Part shown: positions 49,458 through 62,209 of the stretch, piece after piece
Numbering within the stretch: the stretch's first letter is position 1
Layout: every line of letters begins with the position of its first letter
Origin: Stegostoma tigrinum
Taxonomy: Eukaryota
Direction: 5' to 3'
Assembly (NCBI RefSeq): GCF_030684315.1
Contig: NC_081404.1
Coordinates: forward strand, 13,769,140-13,833,139
Length of the DNA: 64,000 bases
The notes under the pieces: generated by a model
Told to the model about the DNA's origin: nothing
Databases searched by the model: none
Seen by the model: only the letters and a program-made list of their open reading frames with translations
Translations under genes and position numbers: made by a program

Positions 49458-52400
49458 TTAGAGCATATTTCTGCTACTTGACTGAATAGTCTTGACCATC
49501 ACAGCTTTCTTTGTGCTTGAGCTTCTAGAGGCATCCTGAGTAATGCCTGCATTCAGGATTCCTTCATGCTGTTCACTGGAGTAACTTCTGGAATATGAGT
49601 GAGTTGAACCTGCATGGTCAAAAGGAAATAAAGCAAAGAAAGAAAAGGATTTTACATGCAGAAATCTATCATTTCAGCAGAAAGGTAAAAGTTATTGCTT
49701 TACCGTGATGAAGGTACAGCTTCATTTTTGTCTATTGTCCATGAGCACCTTTTTCTTTGTTTACCTGTTCTGACGCTTGAAGCTGAAAACTGTGAGCTAT
49801 TCACAGACTCTTGGCAATGCCAATCCACCTCTCCCATCGCCAGTCATCAAGGAATGCTTAGGATGACCAAAATTTTGCTAGCCTTTGATTTTTCCCTTTG
49901 CACACACAGACTCTCTAGCTGGGGTGTTCTCTGTTCCTTAAAGGATACCTTTTTATCCCTTATTCTAGAATTGTCTGTGGGGAATTGAGCCTGGGTGTAT
50001 CCTCATTCCTTTGGTCTTATGGTCACCCAATGACCCCTGCAGCCCACGATCACAGAACCCAGCAATCTCTATCAGGCCGCTCTCTTCTGGTCACCAGCAT
50101 TTCCCCAATCTCTTCATCATCTGACTTCCTCTCAGGTCCTATTATCAAAATGCACCACAATCCCTTAAAATATCATCCTGTGAACATTGCCAGGCTTGAT
50201 ATAACTTAATCAAAAAGCTGAATTCTAAAATGGTGTAGAACAACTTACCAGCTACTGGTGCAGTGTTAACATGAACAATCGCCTTCTGCTGCTGACCAAT
50301 CCTGCAAGTTAATGTTTATCACAAGTAAATAATTAAATAGAGCAAGAAAATTATCAAACAGTGAAAGGAGCTATATAATCAAACAATATTTTTGTTAGAT
50401 AAAAACCTCCTGACTGCCATTAAACTGATTTTTTAAAAAATTAAACAAACGGGCTCAATACATTTCTGTCTTCAAAATGATGCAATGGCATGGCATTACT
50501 TCTGTAAAAGATATTGGTCCCTGAAAATATCCTGCTTGTGGAGATATACAAAGCTTTCGAAACATTACAGCGCAGAAAAGGGCTATTCAGCACATCATCT
50601 GTGCTGGTTGAATGAAGTAGATGCCCATTCTAATCCCACTGTCTAGTACTTGGTCTGTAACTTTGCAGATTCCAGTGCTTCAGGGTCATATCCAGGTTTG
50701 TTTAAAAATGAGTAGACAGTTTCCACCTCAACTAACTGGGCAGCTAATTCTGGACATACGACGCTCTGCGTGAACAGATTTGTTCTCATGCTGCCTCTAA
50801 TCCCTTACCAATCATGTAAAATCTATGACCCTGGTAATTGATCGCTCCACTCGGGGAAAACAGGTCTTCTTTGTCCTCTCTATCCAAGCCCCTCATTATT
50901 TTGTATACCTCAATTACAACCACCCATCAGCCTCCCCTGTTCTAAAGAAAATAACCCTCACCTATCCAATCTTTCCTCATAATTGTAATTTTCACATCCT
51001 GGCAACATTCTTGTAAATCTCCTCTTCAGCAATTATATCTTTTCTATAATCTGCTGTCCAGAAATGTACATAAAACTCCAACTGTGGTCTAACCAGTGCC
51101 TTATATAGTATGAGTATTTCATCCCCATTTTTGTATTCAAAACCTTATCCAAACGAAACAAAGCATCTCATATTACCTTCTTTACCACCTTATCCACCTA
51201 CCATGTCATCTTCAGAAATGTGGTCATGCACACCAAGGACACTCACTTCCTCTACCACCCTCAAAACCGTCTCATTTATTTTATATTCTCTTGCTTTGTT
51301 TTCCCTCGCTAAATATATTATTTCACACTTCAGGTTGAATTCCATTCACTACTTTTCTCCCATTCGACCAAGACATTAATATCTTCCTGCAGCCATCCTT
51401 ATCATGAAACAACTACCTGGCCTATATTTACTTTGTCTGCAAATTTCCCAATCAATTATAAAACATCAGTACAGAAGACAAAACAGCAACAGATCCAAGA
51501 CTGAACCCTGCAGAAAACCACTAGAAACTGCTTTCCATTCGCAAAAGTTATCAATCGATCATTACACTTCATTTCCTGTCACTGAGCCAACGTGGATCAA
51601 CTCACCATATTCCCTATATCCCATGTTGTACCTTCTGCAATATCCTTTGTTACTTCCTCAAAAACATTAAAGCTAGTAAGGCATACGTTCCTTTAAATTC
51701 GTGTTGACGATCCCTGATCAATCTGGGTCTTTCCAAGTAACAGTTAATGCTATCTTTCAATATTGATTCCAGTAATTTGCTCACCACTCAGGTCAGACTG
51801 ACAGGCCTATAATTACTTGGTCTATCCCGCATACCATTTCTGAATAATGGATACCTCACCCACAGACCTCCAACTCTCAGCTACCTCATCTGCTTTCAGT
51901 CAGGATTGGAAAATGATCCTCGAGGATCTGCTCCTTCCTGGTTTCCTTTAGCAGCAAAGGATACAGTTCATGTGGCCCTGATGATTCATCCATCTTCAAG
52001 GAGGTCAGATCCTCCAGTACTTCCCTTCTCATTATGCTTATTTTATCCAATATTTCACAGTCTTCTTTGAACAGAATATTTGTATAATTGCCTCAGCTAA
52101 TGAAGTTTAAGTGACCTGCCTGGAGTTTGACTGGGTTTATCTGCCAATTTAACCATTCCTTTTATCCTAATCCACTAGTAGAGACTAAGATTGTAAGAAC
52201 ACAAGTGTAGGGGCAGGAGTAAGCTCCTCATGCCTATTCTGCTATTCAATATGACAGTGGCTGATCTAGCTCATCTCCCCTCTCCCCATATCCTTTTATT
52301 GCCTTAGATTTTTTGGACACTATTACTCTCAATCTGAAATTTTACTCAAGGATTGAACATCCACAGTCTTTTGGGTCAAAAGTAGATAAGCAAGGCAGGT

Positions 52401-55400
52401 GACAGATTGGCTCAAGCTAACTTTTGCCTACAATCAGCGTCTTATCTCAATGACTGCTTGAACAGTCACTGCTTAACATAAGGAAGCTTGCTAAATGAGC
52501 TGCTTTGCTTGAATAATAAGGTCAGAGCCTGTGTACTCTTTCAGAATGCCATCAATGTTCTGCATCTCTTTACCTTCAGACGCCTTTGCTCCTTTTGTGC
52601 TGGATGTGATGCAACTCAAGCAAGCTATTTAGGGAGAAGCTGAAGTAGTATCGGTGAGTAAATTTACTTTGTCCTCTCTATCCTGAGTCTGCATCTTCTA
52701 ATAGATTTACACTCACTTGGGTTTCACTTTACAGGTAATATCTAAAATTCATTTAACTTGGGTAAAATGAGATCCGAAAGAAAGGAAAAAAAAGAGGAGA
52801 GGGATGCATTAGTTAGTTTTGGAGTGTCCATTAGTCACATCATTTTTGGAGATCTGAGTTTGCCCACTAAACCTGACATCATATGAAAAATTTAATGATT
52901 TCTTGAAGGGATAAGATAGATTTTAAAAACTGATGTGCTATTGAATGTATTCCCGTCATTTGCAACTAAACAATAAGCATGTACTTTATAAAGACATTTA
53001 CAATTTACTTGTACAAAGTTTTCCTGCAGGGAAACTTTTTTTAAAGAATAATCTTAATGAAGATAGACTATCAGGCAAGCTCACACCCCATGAACAAATA
53101 AAAAGAATTATCCCATAATGTTCTGTACCTGATCTCCTCTCCCTCCAGCATCTTCCTGTAGGTGGCAATTTCAATATCTAGGGCAATTTTGACGTTCATT
53201 AGCTCTTGATATTCCCGTAATTTCCGAGCTACATCCTGCTTGGCTTTGAATATCTCATTCTCTAGTTCAGTAATCCTCATCCTTGTGTTTCTCACATTTA
53301 TTTCTCCACGTTCCTCTGCTTCAGCAATTGCTGCTTTCAACCCAGTGTGCTAAATGCATGTTTATTTGAAAAGTGAAATGTTAGCAAAGAAAATGACATC
53401 TTAAACTTACAATAGTTGCTCTTAAACAGTTTAATTTTTTAAACAGAAATATTCAGAAGCGAATCATCTTAATAACCTTTTATTGCTTAAAAAAAGCACA
53501 TCTCCCCCCAGTCCCAATACCAATAAATGCAGTGTGGGTGAATGGACCATATTATAACATTTATGGTCTGCATGGTTCAATGTTCAATGTTTGATTCCAG
53601 GTCTGGGTGCTGAGTTACTTGATATCAGTTGGGCATCTCTTGCCACTGCACTGGCATAGAAAGCCAGCACTGCTGACATTATGACTATGCATCTGGAACC
53701 AGAAGCTGGCATTGACTGTACCCACATGTGCACATGTGGTGCCACTAATGCCTAAGGTAGACTCTCCACTCTCACTCCACTCAGCGCCGTGCTCTCCAAT
53801 TATCCTGAACAGTAAGCATGGAAGATTAATATTGTAGAAATGTCCACATATCTTAATATTTTCCAATTAAGACAAAATGCCACTCTATTGACTGTTTCTC
53901 TCCAAACCCCACACCCCAGCAGCGTGCTACTTGGCACCCTACAGCATGCTTTCAGCTTTTTCTGTTTATATTTCAGATTTCTGCATTCTGTGCTTTTTGG
54001 CTTTTGACACACTAGAGCACCCTGGTGTTCATTGCTGAGTGGGCCAGGGTTTGAGGAGCAGGTGCAGAGAGCGAGAGAGAAAAAAAATGGTATCACCACA
54101 GAGCAATTGTTTTGTTGAAAAGAGGCAGCAGAAGAGGCTGAAAAAGTAGAAGGCATAAAAGCATTCCATTATATCCTCACATTGTCCTTTTGCATCATAG
54201 GGCAGAAGAGGAAAGAGCAGTGAGAAATAAGTTGTACGCTGCTACTCCTCTGGCCCCATTTGCTTTGTTATATGTGCTAGACTTTCGTGGGACAAGTGGC
54301 ACTTCAGGTGTCCTCCAACCCTCACAAACATTCTCTCCAAATTACTAACAGGGAGGTGAGATGAGGCAGAATTGCTCGATTCATTTCTCAGGCTCCAGCA
54401 ATTGCCTCAAATTTACTATAGTAGACAAGGAGAGAATCAACTGAGATTCCACTCTGATATAATGACCGACATTGGAAAAGTGCATGCATGGACAGAATTG
54501 GCTTTGGCAACATTCTTTAGTTGAACAAGTTTCCAGTGCAATCAGCGAAGATAACAAATGGCCAAAGTGCTAGAGAGTGGCTACAGACTGTGCCATCAGA
54601 ACGGGGGTAAGGCCATCTGGAAATTAAACGAAAACAATTAGAAAAGGAGCAATGAAGTGTTAATATGAATTGATATGGACATGATTACCTGTCCCTTAAG
54701 GGCATCGATTTCAGAGGTAAGTTTTGTGATTCGCCTGGTTGTTTCTGTGATGTCATTTTTGATGAAGCGCAGATCATCATCATATTTTCCAGTAGACTGA
54801 GTCAGTTGATTGAACTGAAATGAAAGAAATATTAAAAACATAAGAAAACGCAGCAGGGAATTAGAAAGACTAGCAGCCCATCAGTTTTGCTACTTCTAAC
54901 AAGCCCAAATTTTATAGCACCTTCCAAACCTGCATCTTCTATCACCTAAAAGGGCAGCAGGTGTGGGGAACGACAACAATTCCCCTCCAAGCCACACGCC
55001 ATCTTAACTTGCATAAGTATTAGCTGTTCATTCACTGTTATTGGGTCTAAACCTTGAAACTCCATTTCTACCATCACGGTGGGTACACATATACCAGATG
55101 GTACTGCAGCAGTTCAAGAAGGCGGCTCCCCACCATCTTTTCATGGGCAATTATGGACAGACATTAGATGAGATAGACATTGTGCACGAGAGCATAGGGT
55201 GTGGGAGCAGAAGTAAGCCATTTCAGTCAAGGAAGTCTGATTTGACATTCAATGAGACTATCACTGATATGATAACCCTCAAATCCACTTGCCTGCCCTT
55301 TTTTTCCCCATAACCTTATCTGTTTGAGTATATTCAACACAGATAGGCAATGACTCAGTCTCAATAGCCCTCTGAGGTAAAGAATGCCACCGATTCAATA

Positions 55401-58400
55401 CCCTCTAAACGACAAAATTCCCCCTCATTTGTCTTAAATCACCTCTGATCCTAGACTCTTCCATACAGGGAAACAACTTCTCTGCATCTACCCTGTTATG
55501 TTGAGGATGCACAAATAAGGAAGACACCAACTGCTACTTATTCTATCATAATCTCTACTACCCCAGGGCAGTGAATAAACACATTGGGCCGAATCACACT
55601 TGTTTTGGCAATGTGTCAGTTTCTTTAGGGTTTCTCACTGCAAGGTCGAGTGATGTCGCTCATCGTATGTTACCAACTTGCCTCATTAACTCTGCCCTTT
55701 CACTTCCAGTAGTTGCTGCATCTTACCACAGGCTGATCTCAAAAAAACTTGTCACCACCAGGATATCCTAGAATTGATGGTCATCCCTGACCACCACCTT
55801 TAAAAGGCTGCTGTGCACCCAGACAAGCGCTGAGTCTGGAGCTGCCCCACACGGTTCTTGGCATTTGCCCAGAATATGGTAAGGGAGGGAAAGTTGGTGG
55901 CCTGCTTTGCAGGAAGGAATCTGAAGACTGTACTGACCAGGTTGGTGCAGAGGCTCTTCCTGTAGAACTAGCAGAGGCGACCACAACACCAGACCATGCC
56001 AGCGTGGTCAGAGGTTGCTGCCTTAGTCAGTGTAGTTTCAGCATCTGGAGGAATACCCAGTGCTGTAGGAAGAAGCTCAATGACTTTCCCCACTCTGCCA
56101 GCGTAGGTGCCACCATCTTCTCTCCAATACCTCACACTCACTCTCTCTCTGCTCCTGCACCCACCTCCCACCCAGCCTCATGTTTTATCACTCTCACTAT
56201 TGCCCACACACATCTTCCTGCACTTGCTGTTACCCATCCCACTTGACCAAGGACTGCTGTCAACCATGACTAGCTTTTTGGTTTTGTGCATGTGCTAAAT
56301 GGCAAGTCAAGGCAAAAATATGATTTACTTGGTATTTCTGATTGAGGGAGAAAAGGGCAAAATGTAAGGAAAGCAGGGGTGCTGTGATCACCAAGCTAGG
56401 CCCGGGGTGAGCGAGTGCTCCAAGAGCAAGCAAGCAGCCAGCAATGCAGCTTGCTCCAGTGCATGAGCTAGGTGTATGCCCCTGTGCATACAATGCACTT
56501 GTTACAGCATTACAATGATAGTTGTTTTTTTCCCTAAGCATTAAGTGCAGAGTTCTCTAAGTGGATCAGAGAAGTGTCTTGAGGTCTGGCACGTGGCGGA
56601 TGACACTGCCCATGGATGCAGGGTGCAAGTGGCTGGTTGCCCATTCAGTATGTCCTTGAGGTGTTGATCCTTGGAGTCCAACATGAAAATCATTTGCAAC
56701 AAGCAGCAAGCCAAAGTCGCAAGGAACCTGCTCTGATTTCCGCGTTGAGAATTCTCAGCATCTAGTTTGCTCGCAGCCAGTGACAAGATAGGAGCTTGTT
56801 TATTAATGAGGCAATATTTGCAGTTAATAAGGTCTCGGGTCCGGTGATCCTTCCTCAGAACTGATGGTGGCCATCAGTTCTGAGGAAGGGTCACCGGACC
56901 TGAAACGTTAACTCTGTTTTCTCCTCCACAGATGCTGCCAGACCTGCTGAGTTTGTCCAGCAACTTTGTTTTTGTCCCTGATTTACAGCATCTGCAATTC
57001 TTTTTGTTTTTATTGTGCAGTTAATAAAGTCATTAACAAGCAATAATCCCACCCGTAACAAGGAACTCTATGCCCGTAACATGCTTAAAAGATGCAGCAA
57101 GTTGCTCCTGATATTAAGGTAGGCATCGTTGGACTTCTTGGGTGATGCTGCCACATTTCTTGCAATAGCCCAAGTCTTTCAGGTCCCTATAAGACTGAGT
57201 CCAAAGAATTTCTTCAAAGACATAAAAGTTAAAAACTTACTAAAGCTAATTTCATGAGGGTCCAGATATGGAAGTCAGCATGGTCTCATTGCCAATACAG
57301 GTGCTGCATGTGTCGGTGCATAAATGAGCTAACCCCATTGGAAAAACCTAAAAGCAACTAATTTGCATAATTCTCCAATTGCTGGGAGTGGGATGGCCAG
57401 TTTGCCAGAAACCACCAGGAAGTGATTGCCCAGTTGTGTGCCAGGATACTTTCTAGCATTGGAGGAGTAGGGGAGCATAAACAGTGACTCTTCAATGCAG
57501 TGACACAGTTTCCAAGAAGAACAACAAACAGATAATGTTTGAAAGCTTTACTTCATCTGGCTTCCTCTTCTATAACCTCACCCAAATGGACCACAGTTCA
57601 GCTCAGACACTCCAGCTTTTGGCATGGAGTGGTTGTCTAATTTAATAGAAAGAACACCTCCTGTTCAGCATCTGAACATGTTGCTTTGGGTACAAATGAA
57701 AGTTTAAACTTTCAAGGACCCATAATCCAAACTTTTAGAGACCCAGACCCATTGTGACAAGAGCTTACCATCTGATTATCAGCCATACCATGGTCTGGTA
57801 GAATCTAGGATTATGGGTTGTGTAGTAAAATGGAGAGTGGAAAAGGTCCCTTTATCCCATCCCAACAATGCCCATTAACCTCAAGCTCAGAAGAACAGTG
57901 TGCTCGCTCGATCAATTTGGCACTTTCCCACTTCCTAATTTTTTGAATGCAAATGCCAATTTGTCACCGAATGTCCTAATAAACCAAAGGGGTGGCTTTC
58001 TCCTATCAGTCTGAGGAGCTTTGTACTCAGGTGCCAGAGATGAAAGGTCAAGATTTTACCACAATTAGTCTTTTTTACCTTGGTTTTATATGCAGCCTGA
58101 GCTTCATCACGACCCTTGATTGCCAAAATCTCATACTGTTCTTTCATGCTATTGACAAGCTCATTCAGGTCCAGATCACGGTTATCATCAAGTTCAACAG
58201 TGACAGCAATATCCTTAACTTGTGCTTGCAGTTCATGCAGTTCCTTATTTATTGTTGAAAGGAAAGTACATTGATTAGGAATGAAGAAATCAAATGCCAG
58301 AAGCAACTTAAAATACAGTACTCTGTAATCAGAGCGAGTATGTGACTAAGTATGTCATCTCAGGTTTAAGACCCATCATTAAATTGAGCCGATATCACCT

Positions 58401-61400
58401 CAAACCTAAAATCTCCACTCCCAATTCCAGTGTCATTTCGTGCAGACAAACGCTGTCTTGGAGAAAGGTAGGGAGTAGAATATTAGGAACAATTCCCACC
58501 CCCAGTAAAATAATTTGGAAAGGAACAGCTAGGGTGCTTGCCTAACACAATGAAATTATGTTTAGTTTCTTTTAAGGGAACTGAATAAATCTTTCCACAA
58601 ACAATATATTTTCAAATTCTCAGGTAAAAGAAAGCAAAATTCAAATGACCCTGCCTTGTCAGTCTTCCTTGGTCATCTTTCTGGGAGAGTGATTTTTTTT
58701 TGAAAGGTAAAGCTTCACAGGAATACTATCTAAACATCATCTCTCAGTTGGTTTTTAAATCATTTTGTAAAATAATGTCATAAATGCCTCAAAACACACA
58801 AAAAAACCTTTCAACTCTTGCACTGAAAGATCAAACTATTCTACCTTGCATTTCATTCTGTGGTAAAATACATACTTCAGGCATAAATAGGATGGGTCTG
58901 GACAAAATATCTCAGCCCACTTTTCCGAAAAAGGCTGAGAGTTCAGAGTAAAGGCCATTAATCAAGGTACTCAAAGCCACAAAAAATAATTTTACAGGCA
59001 AGATTTAATCAATTTAGTATGTTTCAAATTGTCTCAAGCCCTGGATGGTCCAGCTGCTAAGAAAGAAAAGTTGAAGGATTTTTCAAAAAGAACATTTTTA
59101 CTGTTTTAATGGGGAGGGACCCTATCTTCAGAAGGCCCACAAAGTTTCTGTCTACAGTTTAATACCATTCTGTTATATTATGCCAGCAAAGTATTCTAGT
59201 ATCATTTACCTCATCATAGACCGTTCTCAGGAAGTCAAGTTCGCTAACAAGTCCATCCAGTTTATCACCAAGTTGATGTTTTGTCAGATATGAATCATCA
59301 ACACTCTAAAATACAACAGACAGTTTATATTTAATGCCATTATGGCATGTAAAAAACAATTATTCAATAATAAAATGCCATTAAAACATACCTTCTTCAA
59401 GGTAACAAAATCATTTTCCATTCCTGCACGATTATTCAGTTCGTCTTCATATCTTTTTAGAAAAAGTAACATTAATTATCTTAAAATGTGTGAACATTAC
59501 ACATACTATGACTATATCCAGAGTGGAGAAATAATTATTCAAACACTTCTGTCAGAAAACCAGAAAGTTTGAGCATTCTAAGACAGAAACAAAGATATTT
59601 AAGGATGCAGTGGTCAGATGACATGAACCTTTGATTTTAAAAATTTGCAATTGGATTAGGATGGAAGACTTAGAGAAGGAAGGAGCTCTCTACTTTGTCT
59701 TGGAAAGAATGGATTTTAGTTTGGTAAAGAATAATTTAGTGTCGGAGATGGTGAACTGCAGGCAACTTATTTGCTCAGACAGAATGCACCCAATGACATT
59801 GATACTGGAATATACAGACCACCAGTGCTGATTGGTCTCCTTCTGTGTTGCAAATCTTCCTTTGTTTTAATGTCTCAAAGCTACACCTTCTTGTTGGATA
59901 GACATTCGGTGCCACCACACAATGGTGGGGATGCTCCCCTCAGAAAATTTAGGGAAATGGATCTCCTCAAACAGGATAAATCAGGGGGTTTTTTTTGCCA
60001 ATAATTAGCCAGGTCCTGAGCTATCAACATACTGGTTGTGATTACAGTACTGGTGATTGTAATTTCATGATGCAGTCCCTGGAGTTACATTCATATACTG
60101 ACCACTTTGTGAACAGAATTTCTTGCTGTTGGCTCTAAATTTATCTTTTACTATATTAAAATTATGCCCTCTTGTCCTATTCACCCAATTTTAAATTAAT
60201 ATTGCCTATTTTTCCTTTCCTTGCTATTTGTAGCTTTAAATGATGCTTCCTACTGAGCATTAATGGTATTTGGGGATCTTTTAATCCATTTTAGAGGATA
60301 AATGGGCATTTGGTTTAATGTCTTAAATCAGCACCTCCACATCAAGAAACTGCTGCGATTGGGAGCAGCTGAAAGGGTTTATCTTTAAGCCAGGAAATAG
60401 TTACAATGTTTTGTCACTCCCTGGGCATACTAAACAAGGAGGAAATTAAAGTAGAGGGAGGAGGTTTCAGCATCGCAGTGAGGTTAGTTGGGTCTGTTCT
60501 TACAATTGTTATACAACCTTGTACAACAGATCCCTTGGGAATGTTTCCATGTTTCTGACCCACCATTAATACAGTTCTTATTCAAATTTGACTACGTAAA
60601 AATGAATATTCCACACCGTTAAGAAAGAAAAACTAAGGCAGTTAAGCCTAGTATTTAAACTAAACAAAGCAGGGCAAAAATCACATGTACTTAATTGATT
60701 CTGTTCTGGGAAACAATGAGGGAAAGAGGTGGGCCCGTTGAAAGTTTTTTTTGTTGGAGCAGTAGGCAAATTTTGCTGCTTTTCAACTGCAGTTTGTTAA
60801 ACAGTGGAGTTGACCGTACAATAAATATCTAATAAAGAAGAAAAGTTCAAATTTCATTTTGAGCAATTATTTTCCTGGAACTATTCCTCAACTGGAACAA
60901 TTGTTTGATGAAATGGAGCAAGCCAAAATTTAATATTATTTTTGATATTTTTAAAGTGAAAGTGCAGGTACTTTCTTAGATTTATAGCTGGAGCCCTGAA
61001 TTAGAAGTGCTCCAACACTCCTCTCAGCAAAACCAGTTAAGCCAATATCCCTCCAGTTCGATGCAAACAGTTATCCCTGCAGTTCATCAGGAGCAGACTT
61101 TGGTGAAGTAATTGAGCTGTGCCCATCAAAGAGTGACTTTGAAAGTTCCCATGCCCACTTCTTTGCCTTTACAGACCTCAGGTGAGTCGATATAGTTGGC
61201 CTCACCGACCGCTGGGCTTGGAAAAACAAGTTACTGGAGGAGTGGGGAAAAAAAAGTCATTGAAGGGGAGATTTACAGTAGCGAAGAACGAGATAGAGAG
61301 AGGGATTGCCTGACAAAATGGGCCAGATGACGAACTTCTGAAAACTTCTTTTGACTCTGGTGCTTACACCAACTTTTTAATAAGAATTTAAAAGCAACAG

Positions 61401-62107
61401 AAGTTATTTGATACATACTGGACTTTGAGCCCATTCACTGCACTATGCATGTGCTGCAGTTCGCTATCTAGGCGTATCTTGTCCTGTTTAAAACTTTCCA
61501 GCTGTCGCATGAGGGCATTGACGTATGCTTTGTACAGCTCCTCAGAGTTGGAACTGTAATCTCCTTGACGTTGCAAGAGGGACCATTTGGTCTCCAACAT
61601 TTTGTTTTGTTGCTCAAGGTTACGGACCTGTAGGAGTTCAAAAATGGAGGGAGGGTAAAGAGAACACGCAGCATTCAACATATAATCAACAAACAGAAGG
61701 CCATTCTATGCATTTATCAAATTCAAAAACAGGTAAACAAAATGACAGACATTTCCCATCGATCTTTCTTCTAATGTGGGGAAGAAGTCCAAAACATTTT
61801 TTATGCAGCATTGACATAAATTATTTTATTCAGTTACCTTGTTAATAAAGTGAGCGAAACGGTCATTGAGTGACTTGATCTGCTCCCTCTCGTCTCGTCG
61901 AATCATCTGCAAGAGAGGATCCACCTCCTGCTTGGAAGCAGTGGAGGTGATGGTGCTTCTGTAAACTGGAGAAACAATATGCTCAGTACTACTCGTTTTC
62001 AGGGTTGTGAATGTGCTCTTGCTCACAGGACTTCCTATTCCCATTCTGCTAATCTGGGAGTCACTTCCACTGCTACTGGAGTACTCAGTTTTCTTCACTG
62101 ATTTCAT
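49458..62107 (-). CDS. Second type II keratin paralogue (short head, K8-like tail), ~450 aa. Exons 62107-61838, 61627-61419, 59452-59392, 59305-59210, 58243-58079, 54814-54689, 53349-53129, 50301-50249, 49609-49458
   Basis: Canonical [33 protein letters not shown] and [20 protein letters not shown] motifs. Exon sizes 209/61/96/165/126/221. Exon 8 ([18 protein letters not shown]) and exon 9 (GSTHSYSRS...[17 protein letters not shown]) join in the correct phases, giving an open 1353 nt CDS. Exons 8 and 9 were found by hand from splice signals. Confidence 0.9.
50560..52100 (-). mobile_element. Old, heavily decayed CR1-type LINE fragment in intron 7 of the minus-strand keratin
   Basis: Residual CR1 motifs: catcctggcaacattcttgtaaatctcctc, gaaatgtacataaaactccaactgtggtctaacc, caccactcaggtcagactgacaggcctataatt. 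Confidence 0.7.
55870..56110 (+). mobile_element. Possible PIF/Harbinger Myb/SANT-like ORF remnant in intron 5 of the minus-strand keratin
   Basis: Frameshifted [14 protein letters not shown] / [12 protein letters not shown] resembles the W-x-E-V-A...Q-C-R-K-K-x-N-D-L pattern of Harbinger-associated Myb/SANT proteins. Confidence 0.4.
56831..57015 (+). mobile_element. Short non-autonomous Penelope-type terminal fragment with a 5' palindrome
   Basis: 30 bp inverted arms (56838-56867 and 56871-56900), followed by ...acagatgctgccagacctgctgag...cagcatctgca; flanked by the 12 bp direct repeat tgcagttaataa (56819-56830 and 57016-57027). Confidence 0.7.
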
Positions 62108-62201
62108 TTTGGCGTTTGTTTTCGCAGACAGACAGTCAGCTGGAACCCTTCTGAATCAATGTTTTCCAAAATCTGGTTGGGATCAACAAGTCTGCATGTC
62201 C

Positions 62202-62209
62202 TTTATATA
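62202..62209 (-). promoter_or_regulatory. TATA box (TATATAAA) of the minus-strand keratin
   Basis: Reverse complement of tttatata, ~95 nt upstream of the ATG at 62107. Confidence 0.7.

Noticed and set aside
52574-52741. Candidate small exons with AG/GT borders after exon 7 of the minus-strand keratin
   Set aside because: They give immediate stops in the required phase. The 53 nt exon at 50249-50301 has better splice signals and the correct phase.
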